Shown one piece after another: positions 17,418 to 35,099 of a stretch of DNA of 64,000 nt. Each line of letters begins with the position of its first letter. Positions within the stretch are counted from its first letter, which is position 1. This DNA is from Thermoplasmata archaeon (GTDB taxonomy: Archaea; Thermoplasmatota; SW-10-69-26; JACQPN01; JAJPHT01). Under the pieces are notes generated by a model. It ran no database searches. It saw nothing but the letters and a program-made list of their open reading frames with translations, and was not told the origin of the DNA. The stretch spans positions 103,124 to 167,123 of the forward strand of contig JAXDQU010000034.1 of assembly GCA_034667685.1 (NCBI GenBank), given 5' to 3'. A program made the position numbers and the translations under genes.

Positions 17418-18599
17418 ATGGCCAACGCCACCCTGGACCGCGCGCGCGGCATCATGGCCGGCGCCGAGGGAAACCCCCTCGTGATCCTTGCCGCCGGGCT
17501 CGTCCTGAGCGCGGGCATCCTCCACTTCCTGGTGGCGCCTGACCACTTCCACGAGCACGTCGCCCAAGGCCTCTTCATGGCCGTGCTGGGCACCCTCCAG
17601 GTCGTCTGGGCCCTCTGGTTCTACGCCCGCCCCCGCGCCGGCGGCCTCGCGGCCGGCCTCGCGCTCACCCTCGGAAGCCTCGTCGTCTGGCTCATCGCCA
17701 TCACCTACCGCGCCCCCTTCCAGAGCGACGCCGAGCCCGCCGATCCCATCGCCTACACCACCAAGGCCATCGAGCTCCTCGCCCTCGTCGCGCTCCTGGC
17801 GCTCCCGCTCAGCCGCGCCCACCTCGCGGGCGGCCTCGCGCGCGCGCTCCCGCTGGTCGTCGTCATCCTCCTGGTGGGCGCGCTCGCCGGCGCCGGGGCC
17901 TTCGGCGCGGGCCTCGTGGGCGAGCAGGTCGCCCCCGGCCTGGGCGAAGGCGCGGCCCCGATGAGCATGGGTGGCGACGCCGGCGTCACCCCCGCGAGCA
18001 CCGACCACGGCAGCGACACGGGCGGCATGCCGATGGGCAACACCAGCGGCAACAGCACCAACACGAGCACGCCCGGCAACGGACTCCCGCCCGGCTTCGA
18101 CGGAAGCAACTGCATGGGCGGCATGGACATGCCCGGATGCACCGCCCGGCAGGCCGAGATCTACTTCGACCAGCAGGCCGCCGCGCCGCCCCCGCCGCCC
18201 GACAAGCCGCTCCCCAACGTCAAGATCGACCTCGCGCAGCAGGGACCTGCCACCCAGAAGTTCAGCTTGCCCGACGCGGGCGTCAAGCAACTGCTCATCA
18301 GCATCCGGCTCAACAGCACCAGCACCGGCCCCTACGCCGCGTGCGACAGCGCCACCCCGCCCTGCCAGGGCAGCATCACCGTGACGCTCGCCGGCAAGAC
18401 CGCCAGCGGCAAGGTCACGCTCACCAACGGCGACATGCAGGGCGTCGACACCGGCCAGAGCGCCGCGGGGCCCAAGGCGGAAGGGCCGTGGAACACCGCG
18501 ATCCTGAACCCGGACTCGGGCGACTGGACGATCACCGTCGACGGCATCGGCACGAACGCGCACGTGGATGTGCAGATCACCGAGCGGTTCTTCTCCTGA
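17418..18599 (+). CDS. membrane protein with His/Met-rich segments and soluble C-terminal domain
   Basis: About five hydrophobic helices incl. ILHFLVAPDHFHEH; Met/Gly-rich linker with CMGGMDMPGC. Confidence 0.75.
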   Translation: MANATLDRARGIMAGAEGNPLVILAAGLVLSAGILHFLVAPDHFHEHVAQGLFMAVLGTLQVVWALWFYARPRAGGLAAGLALTLGSLVVWLIAITYRAPFQSDAEPADPIAYTTKAIELLALVALLALPLSRAHLAGGLARALPLVVVILLVGALAGAGAFGAGLVGEQVAPGLGEGAAPMSMGGDAGVTPASTDHGSDTGGMPMGNTSGNSTNTSTPGNGLPPGFDGSNCMGGMDMPGCTARQAEIYFDQQAAAPPPPPDKPLPNVKIDLAQQGPATQKFSLPDAGVKQLLISIRLNSTSTGPYAACDSATPPCQGSITVTLAGKTASGKVTLTNGDMQGVDTGQSAAGPKAEGPWNTAILNPDSGDWTITVDGIGTNAHVDVQITERFFS

Positions 18600-18976
18600 G
18601 GCTGAAGCGCGAAGCGCTTCAGCCTCAGCCGCACTCTGCCGACGGGCCGCGCTTCGCGGGCCCTACGGCGACCTCGCTCGCTGCGCTCGCGAGGTCGTGC
18701 TGCCCGGGGGCGCTCTCGGCCCGCGGGCCGCTCGGCCCCCGACAACGCCATCCTGGCTCACCCCGCGCTCACGCCTCATGCCCCACGCACCGCAGCACGG
18801 GCAGCCGCGGGTATCTGGCGTAGCGCTCCGGCTCGGTCGCGCTGCGGCGGCAGAGCCAGAAGGCGCTGCGCGGCGCGTCGCTGCGCCGCGCGTGGCGGCA
18901 CGTTCCGCAGAGGCCGGGGTCCATGGCTCGCGCTCGTGCTATCAAATGGAGAAAAGCCTGCCGGAGCCTGGGGGCC

Positions 18977-19258
18977 TCAGATGCGGCCCATCTCGACGAC
19001 GGAGGCGCTGCCCACGCCGTCGAGGCCGTTGAAGGCCTCTTCGATCGCGTCGGGGCCGCCCTCGGCGTCGCTCATGAGAATCGTCACGTTGACGCTCTTG
19101 AGGCCGAACGCGACGGGCTTGAACTGGATGTTCTGCACCTTGGCGGCCGGGGCGACGCTCTTGACGGCGGCGAGCGCGGCCTCGCCGAGCTTCTGCGTGT
19201 CGACTTCGGCGCCATCGGGCATGAGCTTGAATTCGACGATGAGGTCGAGCTTCGTCAT
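18977..19258 (-). CDS. ef1b: translation elongation factor 1-beta
   Basis: KLMPDG.EVD, PVAFGLK, GGPD.IEE...DGV.S.SVVEMGRI. Confidence 0.92.
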   Translation of the reverse strand: MTKLDLIVEFKLMPDGAEVDTQKLGEAALAAVKSVAPAAKVQNIQFKPVAFGLKSVNVTILMSDAEGGPDAIEEAFNGLDGVGSASVVEMGRI

Positions 19259-19269
19259 GGTCGGCACCT

Positions 19270-19446
19270 TCAGGGGCCCATGAAGCCGCAGCTGTCGCAC
19301 TTGTAGTGGACGCTCTGGTCGCGGCACTGGGCGCAGCGGCCGAGGCTGGTCTCGCCGCAGGCGGGGCACTTGAAGGCGGTGGTGGCCTTGCCGAGGAGGC
19401 GCGTGCCGCAGGAGCTGCAAATGTCGGTGATCTTCTGGCTCATCAT
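19270..19446 (-). CDS. Zn-ribbon small protein (DUF1610/HVO_2753 family)
   Basis: CSSC, FKCPACG, RCAQCR, YKCDSCGFMGP; conserved position upstream of EF-1beta. Confidence 0.92.
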   Translation of the reverse strand: MMSQKITDICSSCGTRLLGKATTAFKCPACGETSLGRCAQCRDQSVHYKCDSCGFMGP

Positions 19447-19565
19447 GGGGGTGGCTCCGGTGGCGCGGCGAAGTGGGTCATCCCATTTAACCCCTAGCCA
19501 CGGCTGGCCGCTGGGGCACGACGGCACAAGAAGGGCTCAAGTGGCGCGTGCCGTTGCGCGGGCCG

Positions 19566-20648
19566 ATGCGCGTCCTGGCGGTGGCGTTCCTCGTGGTGTC
19601 TGCGGGCTGCGTGGCCGGGTGCGTCCAGGCGCCCCAGGCGACGGGCCGCGCGGCGGTCTCCGCGACGACGGGGGACCTCGCCGCGTTCCTGACCGCTGCG
19701 CCCAAGCCCGGGCTGGATGGCGCGAAGGTCGAGTCGTGGCTCGCGGCGTTCGTCGCGGCGCACCATCCGCGCCTGACGGGCTCGCCGTTGGAGAAGGCGG
19801 CGGGCGACGACCTGGAGGCGCAGCTCAAGGCGCTGGGCTATCAGACCGAGTCGAAGCGGTACGGCGCGCAGGGCGCCCCCTCGGTGGACGGCCCGTTCCG
19901 CGCGGTGCTCGGCGTCAAGAAGGGCACGACGCACCCCGAAGAAGTGCTCGTGGTGGGCGCGCACTACGACACCGCGCCCGCGGGGACCGGCGGCATCCCC
20001 GGCTCGCCCGTCCCGGCGCCCAACCCGGTGGGCCCGCCGCCCGACACCGCGACGTACGACAATGGCAGCGGCACCGCGGTGGTGATGGAGCTGGCGCGCC
20101 TGATGGCCAACGTCACGACCGAGCGCACGGTGGTCTTCGCGCTGTTCAACGGCGAGGAGGAGGGGCTCGTCGCTTCGGGCGCCTACGCCAAGGAACTGCA
20201 AGGGCAGGGGGCGCGCGTCGTCTCGTACTTCGGCTTCGACATGGTGGGCATCGGCTATCCCAGCAAGGCGGGCTGCCTGTGCATCTACGCGGGGAAGCGC
20301 TACAGCAAGGACCTCAACCCCGTGCAGGAGCAGGTGGCGTTCGCGTTCCTGGGCCTGCCGCGCGGGAATGATAGCGTGCAGGTGTTCGACAACCACGACA
20401 CGCGCAACAGCGACGAGGGGAGCTTCGCGACGGCGGGCTTCCCCACGATGCGCTGGGCGGGCCTCGCCACCGCGGGCAAGTACTGGGCCTACCACAAGCT
20501 CAACGACACGATGGACACGATGGTCGCGCAGGCGGGGTCCGAGGACGCGCTGCGCGCGGGCTTCGCGGCCGCCAGCGAGACCGCGTACTACACGATCCTC
20601 GCGATGGACCACGAAGGCATGATCGCGGGGCAAGCCGGGTCGGGCTGA
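19566..20648 (+). CDS. M28 family metallopeptidase, lipoprotein
   Basis: SAGC lipobox, GAHYDT, DNGSG, GEEEGL, DMVG, SD..SF, YHKLNDT. Confidence 0.9.
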   Translation: MRVLAVAFLVVSAGCVAGCVQAPQATGRAAVSATTGDLAAFLTAAPKPGLDGAKVESWLAAFVAAHHPRLTGSPLEKAAGDDLEAQLKALGYQTESKRYGAQGAPSVDGPFRAVLGVKKGTTHPEEVLVVGAHYDTAPAGTGGIPGSPVPAPNPVGPPPDTATYDNGSGTAVVMELARLMANVTTERTVVFALFNGEEEGLVASGAYAKELQGQGARVVSYFGFDMVGIGYPSKAGCLCIYAGKRYSKDLNPVQEQVAFAFLGLPRGNDSVQVFDNHDTRNSDEGSFATAGFPTMRWAGLATAGKYWAYHKLNDTMDTMVAQAGSEDALRAGFAAASETAYYTILAMDHEGMIAGQAGSG

Positions 20649-21087
20649 GATCGCCCCGCCGGGTCCTGGCTGCCCACGGTCATGAGGCGCCATCCTCGGC
20701 CTCGTCCTCCCGAGCTTCTCGAGCGGCCTCGGGTGCTGACGCCGCGCTCGGGAATCGGCGGGCGCGCCGATCCAGCCGCTTTCTTTTCTCATTCCCTTCT
20801 CCGGGGCGCGTCCTCGGATCCGCCGGCGCGCCTCCCGCGGTCGAACGTGCCAGCCTCGCTCCGCGAGCGCGCGGTCGCCGGCAGGGAACCCTTCCCCCAC
20901 CCCGAAGGGCCCATTTCGTGGCCAAGCTTCAAATACCAGATGCCGTATCACCGTCGCCGAACCCCCCTCAGGGGTTGCCATCGCGCGAAAGCACCGATGC
21001 GGCCGAGGACCACAGGATGCGGGCGTTGTCGTCGTTCGGGGTCGTCCCAATCGCGCAGCGCAGCCTCCGCGTGGTCGCCGACGTGGA

Positions 21088-21161
21088 GGGCTTGTAGCTT
21101 AGCTAGGTAGAGCGTCCGGCTTTTAACCGGATGGTCGGGGGTTCGAATCCCTCCAAGCCCG
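21088..21161 (+). tRNA. tRNA-Lys (anticodon TTT)
   Basis: GGGCTTG/CAAGCCC acceptor stem, TCCGG-CTTTTAA-CCGGA anticodon arm, GTTCGAATC T-loop; CCA not encoded. Confidence 0.96.
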
Positions 21162-21339
21162 CTGGGGACCGCCGGCCGCCGAGACGCCTGCCGCGCTTCG
21201 CCGCCCGATGCGACCCTGGGGATATCAGGAGAGAGACCGGATGCAGAAGCTCGTCGCCAAGCCCCGCAAGCCCGAATCCGCATCCACGCGCCCCACCCGG
21301 GGCGCCCGCGTCTCGTCCATGTTCAAGGAGTGGTGAGCG

Positions 21340-21579
21340 TTGCCCAAGGCCTTCGATGTCATGAAGCACGACCTCGTTCCGCGCCACGAGGTCCTGTCCG
21401 ACGAGGAAGCGCGCGCGATCCTCGACAAATACGGCGCCACCCCCGACCAGTTCCCCAAGATCTACGCGAGCGATGCGGTGGCTCGCGCGATCCGCGCCAA
21501 GCCTGGCAACATCGTCCGCATCCGTCGCAAGAGCCCGACCGCGGGCGAGGCGATCGCGTACCGTTACGTGGTGGAGTGA
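21340..21579 (+). CDS. rpoH: RNA polymerase subunit H (Rpo5)
   Basis: HDLVPRHEVL, FPKI...D, IRRKSPTAGE..YRYVV; TTG start after GGAGTGGTGA. Confidence 0.96.
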   Translation: MPKAFDVMKHDLVPRHEVLSDEEARAILDKYGATPDQFPKIYASDAVARAIRAKPGNIVRIRRKSPTAGEAIAYRYVVE

Positions 21580-21585
21580 TCTCAA

Positions 21586-23157
21586 ATGCGTGAGCTCGTC
21601 GATGCGTTCTACCGGGAGCGTTCCCTGGCCAACCACCACATCATGTCCTACAACGACTTCATCAACTACTGGTTGCAGGACATCATTGACAAGATCAAGG
21701 TCGGCGACGATGAGGCCGAGCGCGGCACCATCACGACCGACATCGAAGGCTACGAGGTCAAGCTCGGCAAGATCCGCGTGGGCAACCCGTTGGTCAAGGA
21801 AGCCGACGGCTCGACGCGCCTGCTGACGCCGATGGAGGCGCGCCTGCGCAACCTCACCTACGAGGCCCCGATGTACCTCGAGTTCATCCCCATCATCGAA
21901 GGCGTCGAGCACGAGCCCGAGGAGGTGCGCATCGGCGACATGCCCATCATGGTCAAGTCGGCGAAGTGCAACATCACCAAGGAGAACCTCGAGCGCCACG
22001 AGGGCACCATCTTCACGCCCGAGGAATACTACCGCCGCCTCATCGAGCTCCAGGAGGACCCGCTGGACATCGGCGGCTACTTCATCATCAACGGCACGGA
22101 GCGCGTGCTGATCTCGCTCGAAGACCTCGCGCCCAACCGCGTGATGGTCGAGTTCAACAAGCGCTACGGCCGCGACGTCCCCGTCGCCAAGGTCTTCTCG
22201 CAGCGCGAGGGCTACCGCGCGCTTGTCATCGTCGAGATGAAGAAGGACGCGACGCTCATGGTGTCCGTCCCCGCGGCCTCCGGCCAGCTTCCGCTGGTCG
22301 TGCTGCTGCGCGCGCTGGGCATGGAGTCCGACGAGGACATCATGAACGCCATCGTCACGGACCCCGAGATGATGCCGTTCGTCCTCTCCAACATCGAGGA
22401 CAGCGTCAACGAGTACGGCGTCTCCAACCGCGAGGAGGCCGTCGCCTTCCTCGGCAAGAAGCTCGCCGGCGGCCAGGCCAAGGAGTACCGCATCAAGCGC
22501 GTCGAGTCCCTCATGGACCGCAGCCTGCTGCCGCACCTGGGCAACGACCCCGACGACCGCATGAAGAAGGCCATCTTCCTGGGCCGCATGTCGCGCAGCG
22601 TGCTGGAGCTGGCCATCGGCCACGCCGAGCCCGACGACAAGGACCACTACGCCAACAAGCGCCTCAAGCTCGCCGGCGACCTGATGGAGGACCTCTTCCG
22701 CGTCGCCTTCACGGGCCTCGTCAAGGACCTGAAGTATCAGCTTGAGAGGGCGCACAGCCGCAACCGCGAGCTGAAGGTCAGCACCGCGGTGCGCAGCGAC
22801 GTGCTATCACAGCGCCTGCTCCACGCGCTCGCCACGGGCAACTGGGTCGGCGGCCGCGCCGGCGTCAGCCAACTGCTGGACCGCACGTCGAACCTCGCGA
22901 CGCTCTCGCACCTGCGCAGGATCATCTCGCCGCTGACGCGCAGCCAGCCCCACTTCGAGGCGCGTGACCTGCACGCGACCCAGTGGGGCCGCCTCTGCCC
23001 CGCGGAGACGCCCGAAGGCCCGAACTGCGGCCTCGTGAAGAACATGGCCCTCATGACCGAGATCAGCGAGGGCTACGAGGACAAGGAGGTCCTGCAGACC
23101 GTGCGCGACCTCGGCGTCCAGGAAATCCACTCCAAGGACATCGAGCTGGGGGCCTGA
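21586..23157 (+). CDS. rpoB2: RNA polymerase subunit B'' (Rpo2N)
   Basis: [45 protein letters not shown]. Confidence 0.97.
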   Translation: MRELVDAFYRERSLANHHIMSYNDFINYWLQDIIDKIKVGDDEAERGTITTDIEGYEVKLGKIRVGNPLVKEADGSTRLLTPMEARLRNLTYEAPMYLEFIPIIEGVEHEPEEVRIGDMPIMVKSAKCNITKENLERHEGTIFTPEEYYRRLIELQEDPLDIGGYFIINGTERVLISLEDLAPNRVMVEFNKRYGRDVPVAKVFSQREGYRALVIVEMKKDATLMVSVPAASGQLPLVVLLRALGMESDEDIMNAIVTDPEMMPFVLSNIEDSVNEYGVSNREEAVAFLGKKLAGGQAKEYRIKRVESLMDRSLLPHLGNDPDDRMKKAIFLGRMSRSVLELAIGHAEPDDKDHYANKRLKLAGDLMEDLFRVAFTGLVKDLKYQLERAHSRNRELKVSTAVRSDVLSQRLLHALATGNWVGGRAGVSQLLDRTSNLATLSHLRRIISPLTRSQPHFEARDLHATQWGRLCPAETPEGPNCGLVKNMALMTEISEGYEDKEVLQTVRDLGVQEIHSKDIELGA

Positions 23158-23162
23158 AACTC

Positions 23163-25025
23163 ATGGCTGAACAGAACATCGAAGGCGCCCGCGTGTTCGT
23201 GAACGGCGACCTCGCCGGCCTGCACGACAACCCGCGCGAGCTCGTCGACAAGATCCGCGCCCGCCGCCGCCAGGGCCTCTTGACCAACGAGGTCAACGTC
23301 CGCTACGACGAGGCCACCAACGACGTCATCATCAACTGCGACGCGGGCCGCCCGCGCCGCCCGCTCGTGGTCGTCCGCGACGGCCGCCCGCTCGTCAGCG
23401 AGGAGCACATGCGCGACCTCAAGGACGGCCGCATGACGTGGAGCGACCTGCTCCGCGAGGGCGTCGTCGAGTACATCGACGCCGAGGAGGAGGAGAACCT
23501 CTTCATCGCGCTCGACGAGAAGGACCTGCACGAGAAGCACAACGCCTACCTCCAGCACAAGACGCCCCTCTCGCCCAGCCACATGGAGATCGACCCCATG
23601 GTCATCCTGGGCATCGCGTCGGGCATCGTCGTCTACCCCGAGCACAACTCCGCCCCGCGCGTCACGATGGGCGCAGGCATGGGCAAGCAGAGCCTCGGCT
23701 TCGGGCAGAGCAACTATCGTATCCGGCCCGAGACCCGCGGCCACCTGATGCACTACCCGCAGCAGCCCATGACCCAGACGCACTCGATGAAGTACATCAA
23801 CTTCGATCGCCGCCCGTCTGGCCAGAACATGGTCGTGGCCGTCATCAGCTACCACGGCTACAACATGGAAGACGCCATCATCATGAACCGCGCCGCGATC
23901 GACCGCGGCCTGGGCCGCAGCAGCTTCTTCCGCACCTACGCCTCCGAAGAGCGCCGTTACCCCGGCGGCCAGGAGGACCACTTCGAGATCCCCAGCCCCG
24001 AGGTCAAGGGCGCGCGCTCCGAAGACGCGTACACCAACCTCGGCGAGGACGGCCTCATCGCCCCCGAGGCCGACGTCAAGTCCGGCGACGTGCTCATCGG
24101 CAAGACGAGCCCGCCCCGCTTCCTCGAGGAGCCGTCCGACTTCCTCACGCCCCAGAAGCGCCGCGAGACCTCGGTCACCGTGCGCCACGGCGAGAACGGC
24201 GTCGTGGACAGCGTCATGTTCACCGAGAGCAGCAACGGCTCCCGCCTGGTCATGGTCATGGTGCGCGACCTGCGCTTCGCAGAGCTTGGCGACAAGTTCG
24301 CGGCGCGCCACGGCCAGAAGGGCGTCATCGGCCTCGTCGTGAACCCGGAAGACATGCCCTTCAACCCCGAAGGCATGGTGCCCGACCTCATCGTCAACCC
24401 GCACGGCATCCCGTCGCGCATGACCATCGCCCACGTGCTCGAACTGCTCGGCGGCAAGGTCGGCGCGCGCGAAGGCCGCACCCTCGACGGCACCCCCTTC
24501 ACCGGCACGGACGACGAGACGAGCATCCGCGACACGCTGCTCAAGCACGGCTTCGACTACAGCGGCAAGGAGACGCTCTACGACGGCCACACCGGCGAGC
24601 GCATCGACGCCGAGATCTTCGTGGGCGTCATCTTCTACCAGAAGCTGCACCACATGGTGTCCGGCAAGATGCACGCGCGCTCCCGTGGCCCCGTGCAGAT
24701 CCTCACGCGCCAGCCCACCGAAGGCCGCGCCCGTGACGGTGGCCTCAGATTCGGCGAGATGGAGCGCGACTGCCTCATCGGCCACGGATCGGCCATGGTC
24801 ATCAAGGACCGCCTCCTCGACGAGTCGGACCGCGTGACCGAGCTGGTCTGCCGCCACTGCGGCCACGTCGCCATGCAGGACCGCCGCGGCTTCATGCGCT
24901 GCCCCACCTGCGGCGACGACGCCGACATCTTCCCCGTGGAGATGTCGTACGCGTTCAAGCTGCTCCTGGACGAGCTCAAGTCGCTTACTGTGGCTCCCCG
25001 CCTTCAGCTGGAGGACCTCGTTTGA
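23163..25025 (+). CDS. rpoB1: RNA polymerase subunit B' (Rpo2C)
   Basis: [41 protein letters not shown]-terminal Zn motif. Confidence 0.97.
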   Translation: MAEQNIEGARVFVNGDLAGLHDNPRELVDKIRARRRQGLLTNEVNVRYDEATNDVIINCDAGRPRRPLVVVRDGRPLVSEEHMRDLKDGRMTWSDLLREGVVEYIDAEEEENLFIALDEKDLHEKHNAYLQHKTPLSPSHMEIDPMVILGIASGIVVYPEHNSAPRVTMGAGMGKQSLGFGQSNYRIRPETRGHLMHYPQQPMTQTHSMKYINFDRRPSGQNMVVAVISYHGYNMEDAIIMNRAAIDRGLGRSSFFRTYASEERRYPGGQEDHFEIPSPEVKGARSEDAYTNLGEDGLIAPEADVKSGDVLIGKTSPPRFLEEPSDFLTPQKRRETSVTVRHGENGVVDSVMFTESSNGSRLVMVMVRDLRFAELGDKFAARHGQKGVIGLVVNPEDMPFNPEGMVPDLIVNPHGIPSRMTIAHVLELLGGKVGAREGRTLDGTPFTGTDDETSIRDTLLKHGFDYSGKETLYDGHTGERIDAEIFVGVIFYQKLHHMVSGKMHARSRGPVQILTRQPTEGRARDGGLRFGEMERDCLIGHGSAMVIKDRLLDESDRVTELVCRHCGHVAMQDRRGFMRCPTCGDDADIFPVEMSYAFKLLLDELKSLTVAPRLQLEDLV

Positions 25026-25070
25026 TGTCCACGCATGCGGAGCGCCCGCAGGGCAAGGAGGCGTTTTAAA

Positions 25071-30363
<5,293 letters not shown>

Positions 30364-30371
30364 CACACTCG

Positions 30372-30410
30372 TGGGCGGGGCCGGTTCGCGGCCTCGCCCG
30401 CTTTCTTTTC
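30372..30410 (+). terminator. hairpin plus T-tract after the rpo operon
   Basis: GC-rich stem followed by TTTCTTTTC. Confidence 0.6.
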
Positions 30411-30471
30411 ATCCGGTTCCCTCAGCGCATGCCCTGCGCTGCTCCGCCGCCGCGGCGCTTCGCTTGCCGCC

Positions 30472-30532
30472 ATCACGCCAAGACGCCAACACGCCGCGTG
30501 TTGGCGTGATCGCGTGTTGGCGGAGAGCGAAG
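30472..30532. repeat. tandem-repeat hairpin (ACGCCAA units)
   Basis: ATCACGCCAAGACGCCAACACGC / GCGTGTTGGCGTGATCGCGTGTTGGCG. Confidence 0.6.
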
Positions 30533-30558
30533 CCTGACCCGGACGGGGCGCGCAAAGA

Positions 30559-31767
30559 TCACGAGACGATGCCGCGCCGCAGCGTCACGATCGTGACCTC
30601 CGGCCACGCGCCCAGGCGGAACGGAATGCCCCAGAAGTTCGTGCCCGCGTTGATGTAGAGCACCGACGCGCCGCGCTGGTGGCGCCCCATCGCGTGCTCC
30701 AGGAAGGGCGAGGCGAGGCACCAGTTGAGCAGGGGGATGGAGAGCTGGCCGTGGTGCGTGTGGCCCGAGAGCGTCACGCGGACGCCGCGCTGCGCGAGCG
30801 CGGGCCAGAGCGCGGGGTTGTGCGCGAGGCACAACGTGAACGCGCCTTCGGGCACGCCCGCCAGCGCCTTGCTGATGTCAGGCGCCACGTCGGGCTGGGG
30901 CCCGTCGAAGCTGCGCAGGCCCGCGGGGTCGCCGGTGCCCACGACCCACAGCTCGGAGCCTCCGCGCTGCACGGGCTCGGCGGCGTTGACGAGCACGCGC
31001 ATGCCCACCCCCGCCATGCCGTCGCGCACGCCGGGCCAGCCCGCGTACACGTCGTGGTTGCCCGCGATCGCGAAGACGCCCAGGGGCGCGCGCAGCGGGC
31101 CGAAGACCTGCGCGAAACGCGCCACGTCCTGGTCGTAGTCGTCCACCTGGTCGCCGGTGAACGCGATGAGGTCGGGCTTCGCCTCCTCGACGCGGCGCAC
31201 GACGGAGCGCAGGTGCGCGGCGGGCGTGTGCGGGCCCACGTGCAGGTCGGAGAGCTGCGCGATCGTGAGCCCGTCGAGCCCCTCGGGCAGGTCGGGGAAC
31301 GCGATCTCGATGCGCTTGGTCACGAGCGCGCGCGAGCCGACGTACCCCGCGACGTCGAGGACGATGACCAGCGCCACCATGCCCACGACGGCCCAGCGCC
31401 CCCACGCCAGCGCGTGGCCGAAGGGCCAGCCCGCGAGCAGGCCGAGCACGCCCGCAGACGAGACGAAGGGAAGCGCGAGCTGCACGTACCAGAAGGGGCG
31501 CATGACCCACACGCGCGTCGCGGCGCTGGGGTAGGCGTGCTCGCGGAAGGTGCGCAGCACGGCGACGAGCGGCACGAGGACGAGGAGGACGTACGCGGCG
31601 GCGAGCGTCCAGCCGCGGCCGGGCGTGACGCCCCAGAGGAGGGCGGCCGCGACGCCGAAGTGCAGGAGGCTCCAGCCCACGAAGAAGGCGGCGACGCGGA
31701 TCAGGAAGCTGGCGCGCGGCGGAGCCGTCTGCGTCTCGCCTTCGGTCACCGTCGCGCCGGCCGCCAT
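30559..31767 (-). CDS. membrane-anchored metallophosphoesterase (YkuE-like)
   Basis: SDLHVG, TGD, GNHD, LAHNP, SGHTHHGQ; N-terminal TM helices. Confidence 0.92.
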   Translation of the reverse strand: MAAGATVTEGETQTAPPRASFLIRVAAFFVGWSLLHFGVAAALLWGVTPGRGWTLAAAYVLLVLVPLVAVLRTFREHAYPSAATRVWVMRPFWYVQLALPFVSSAGVLGLLAGWPFGHALAWGRWAVVGMVALVIVLDVAGYVGSRALVTKRIEIAFPDLPEGLDGLTIAQLSDLHVGPHTPAAHLRSVVRRVEEAKPDLIAFTGDQVDDYDQDVARFAQVFGPLRAPLGVFAIAGNHDVYAGWPGVRDGMAGVGMRVLVNAAEPVQRGGSELWVVGTGDPAGLRSFDGPQPDVAPDISKALAGVPEGAFTLCLAHNPALWPALAQRGVRVTLSGHTHHGQLSIPLLNWCLASPFLEHAMGRHQRGASVLYINAGTNFWGIPFRLGAWPEVTIVTLRRGIVS

Positions 31768-31850
31768 TCGCGGCCTGACTGGCGCGCTTCCCTCTTGGAG
31801 CTTGCCGGACCTCCGTTCACACGAAGGCCGATGGCCGAGGCCTCCGACGA

Positions 31851-31999
31851 CCTCGCGATGTTGTCCTGAGCCGCCTCCGGCGGGGAAGGACGGAATCTCG
31901 GAATCTCCGAATCTCCGAATCTCGGAATCTCCGAATCGTGTGGGTTGGCCGAGATTCCGTGATTCTGAGATTCAGATGTTTTCCGCGCGGACCGCGCCC
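31851..31999 (+). repeat. intergenic hairpin element, family A copy 2
   Basis: Same left and right ends as 13773; about five to six GAATCTC(C/G) units paired with GAGATTC units. Confidence 0.8.
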
Positions 32000-32051
32000 A
32001 AGGCACAAAGCCAGCTTCGGAGGCTTCGGCCCCCGGCCTTCGTGGGCAGCG

Positions 32052-34037
<1,986 letters not shown>

Positions 34038-34136
34038 GCCACCCGAACCGAGGAAGCTCACCGGGATGAAGCTTCGCAGGGGGCGCCGCAAACAGCTTTC
34101 CGCCGCCGGGGGGCTGCGCCCCCAGACCCCCCTCTT

Positions 34137-34222
34137 GCCGAGGTGGCAGAGCCCGGCCCAACGCGCCAGTCTTGAAAACTGGTGGCCATCTGGCCTCGTG
34201 AGTTCGAATCTCACCCTCGGCG
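34137..34222 (+). tRNA. tRNA-Ser (anticodon TGA)
   Basis: GCCGAGG/CCTCGGC acceptor, CCAGT-CTTGAAA-ACTGG anticodon arm, long variable arm GGCC-ATCT-GGCC, GTTCGAATC. Confidence 0.95.
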
Positions 34223-34226
34223 CTCG

Positions 34227-35048
34227 ATGACCGCGCGCGTCAACCTGGGCCTCGCCGGATGGGGCTACGCCGAGTGGACCGGCCTGCTCTACGCGCCCGG
34301 GACGCCGCCCGGCGAGCGCCTCGCGGCCTACGCGCGCGCCTTCGGCTTCGTCGAGAACGACGCGACGTACTACACGGCGCCGACGCGCGCCGACGCCGCG
34401 CGCTGGGCCGCGCAGACGCCGCCCGGGTTCCGCATGAGCCCGAAGCTGCCCAAGCGCCTCGTGCACGAGAAGCTCCTCGCCGACGTCCAGGAGGAGGTCT
34501 CCGGGTTCCTCGCCGCGCTCGCGCCCCTGGCCGCGGAGGGGAAGCTGGGCCCGGTGCTCGCGCAGCTTCCGCCCTCGTTCCGGCGCGACAAGCACGGCCT
34601 GCGCCTGCGCGCCTTCCTGGCGAGGTGGCCGCGCGACGTTCCGCTCGCGGTCGAGACGCGCGACCCCGCCTGGTGGAGCGAGGACTACTTCGAGCTGCTG
34701 CGCGCGCACGGCGCGATCCACGTCTGGGCGGTGACGGAATACGGGCGCTCGCCCCCGGTGCTCACGGCGGACCAGGTCTACATGCGCTTCGTGGGCGACC
34801 GCGCGCTCGACGCCGCGACCGGGACGTGGGACCGCGTGCGCCGCGACCAGTCGGACGAGATCGCGCGCTGGGCGGCGGACCTGCGCCGCGTCATGGCCGA
34901 CGTGGACGAGGAGTGGATCGTCGTCAACAACCACTTCACGGGCTACGCGCCCGACGCGGCCATGCGCGTCGCGGAGGCGCTGGGCCAGCGCGCGCCCGAC
35001 CTGGGCCTCGCGCGCGGGGGCGGCCAGCGCAGCCTCGGCGCATGGTGA
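34227..35048 (+). CDS. DUF72 family protein
   Basis: GLAGWGY..W, VENDATYY, KLP, QLPPSF, YMRFVG, NNHF.G.AP. Confidence 0.92.
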   Translation: MTARVNLGLAGWGYAEWTGLLYAPGTPPGERLAAYARAFGFVENDATYYTAPTRADAARWAAQTPPGFRMSPKLPKRLVHEKLLADVQEEVSGFLAALAPLAAEGKLGPVLAQLPPSFRRDKHGLRLRAFLARWPRDVPLAVETRDPAWWSEDYFELLRAHGAIHVWAVTEYGRSPPVLTADQVYMRFVGDRALDAATGTWDRVRRDQSDEIARWAADLRRVMADVDEEWIVVNNHFTGYAPDAAMRVAEALGQRAPDLGLARGGGQRSLGAW

Positions 35049-35049
35049 G

Positions 35050-35092
35050 GAAGGAAGAAAGAAAAAAGACGCCGGGCCGGAGCCCGGCCGCG
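35050..35092 (-). terminator. hairpin plus long T-tract (minus strand)
   Basis: A-rich run 35050-35068 on + next to GC stem, between convergent genes. Confidence 0.55.
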
Positions 35093-35099
35093 GGGTTCT

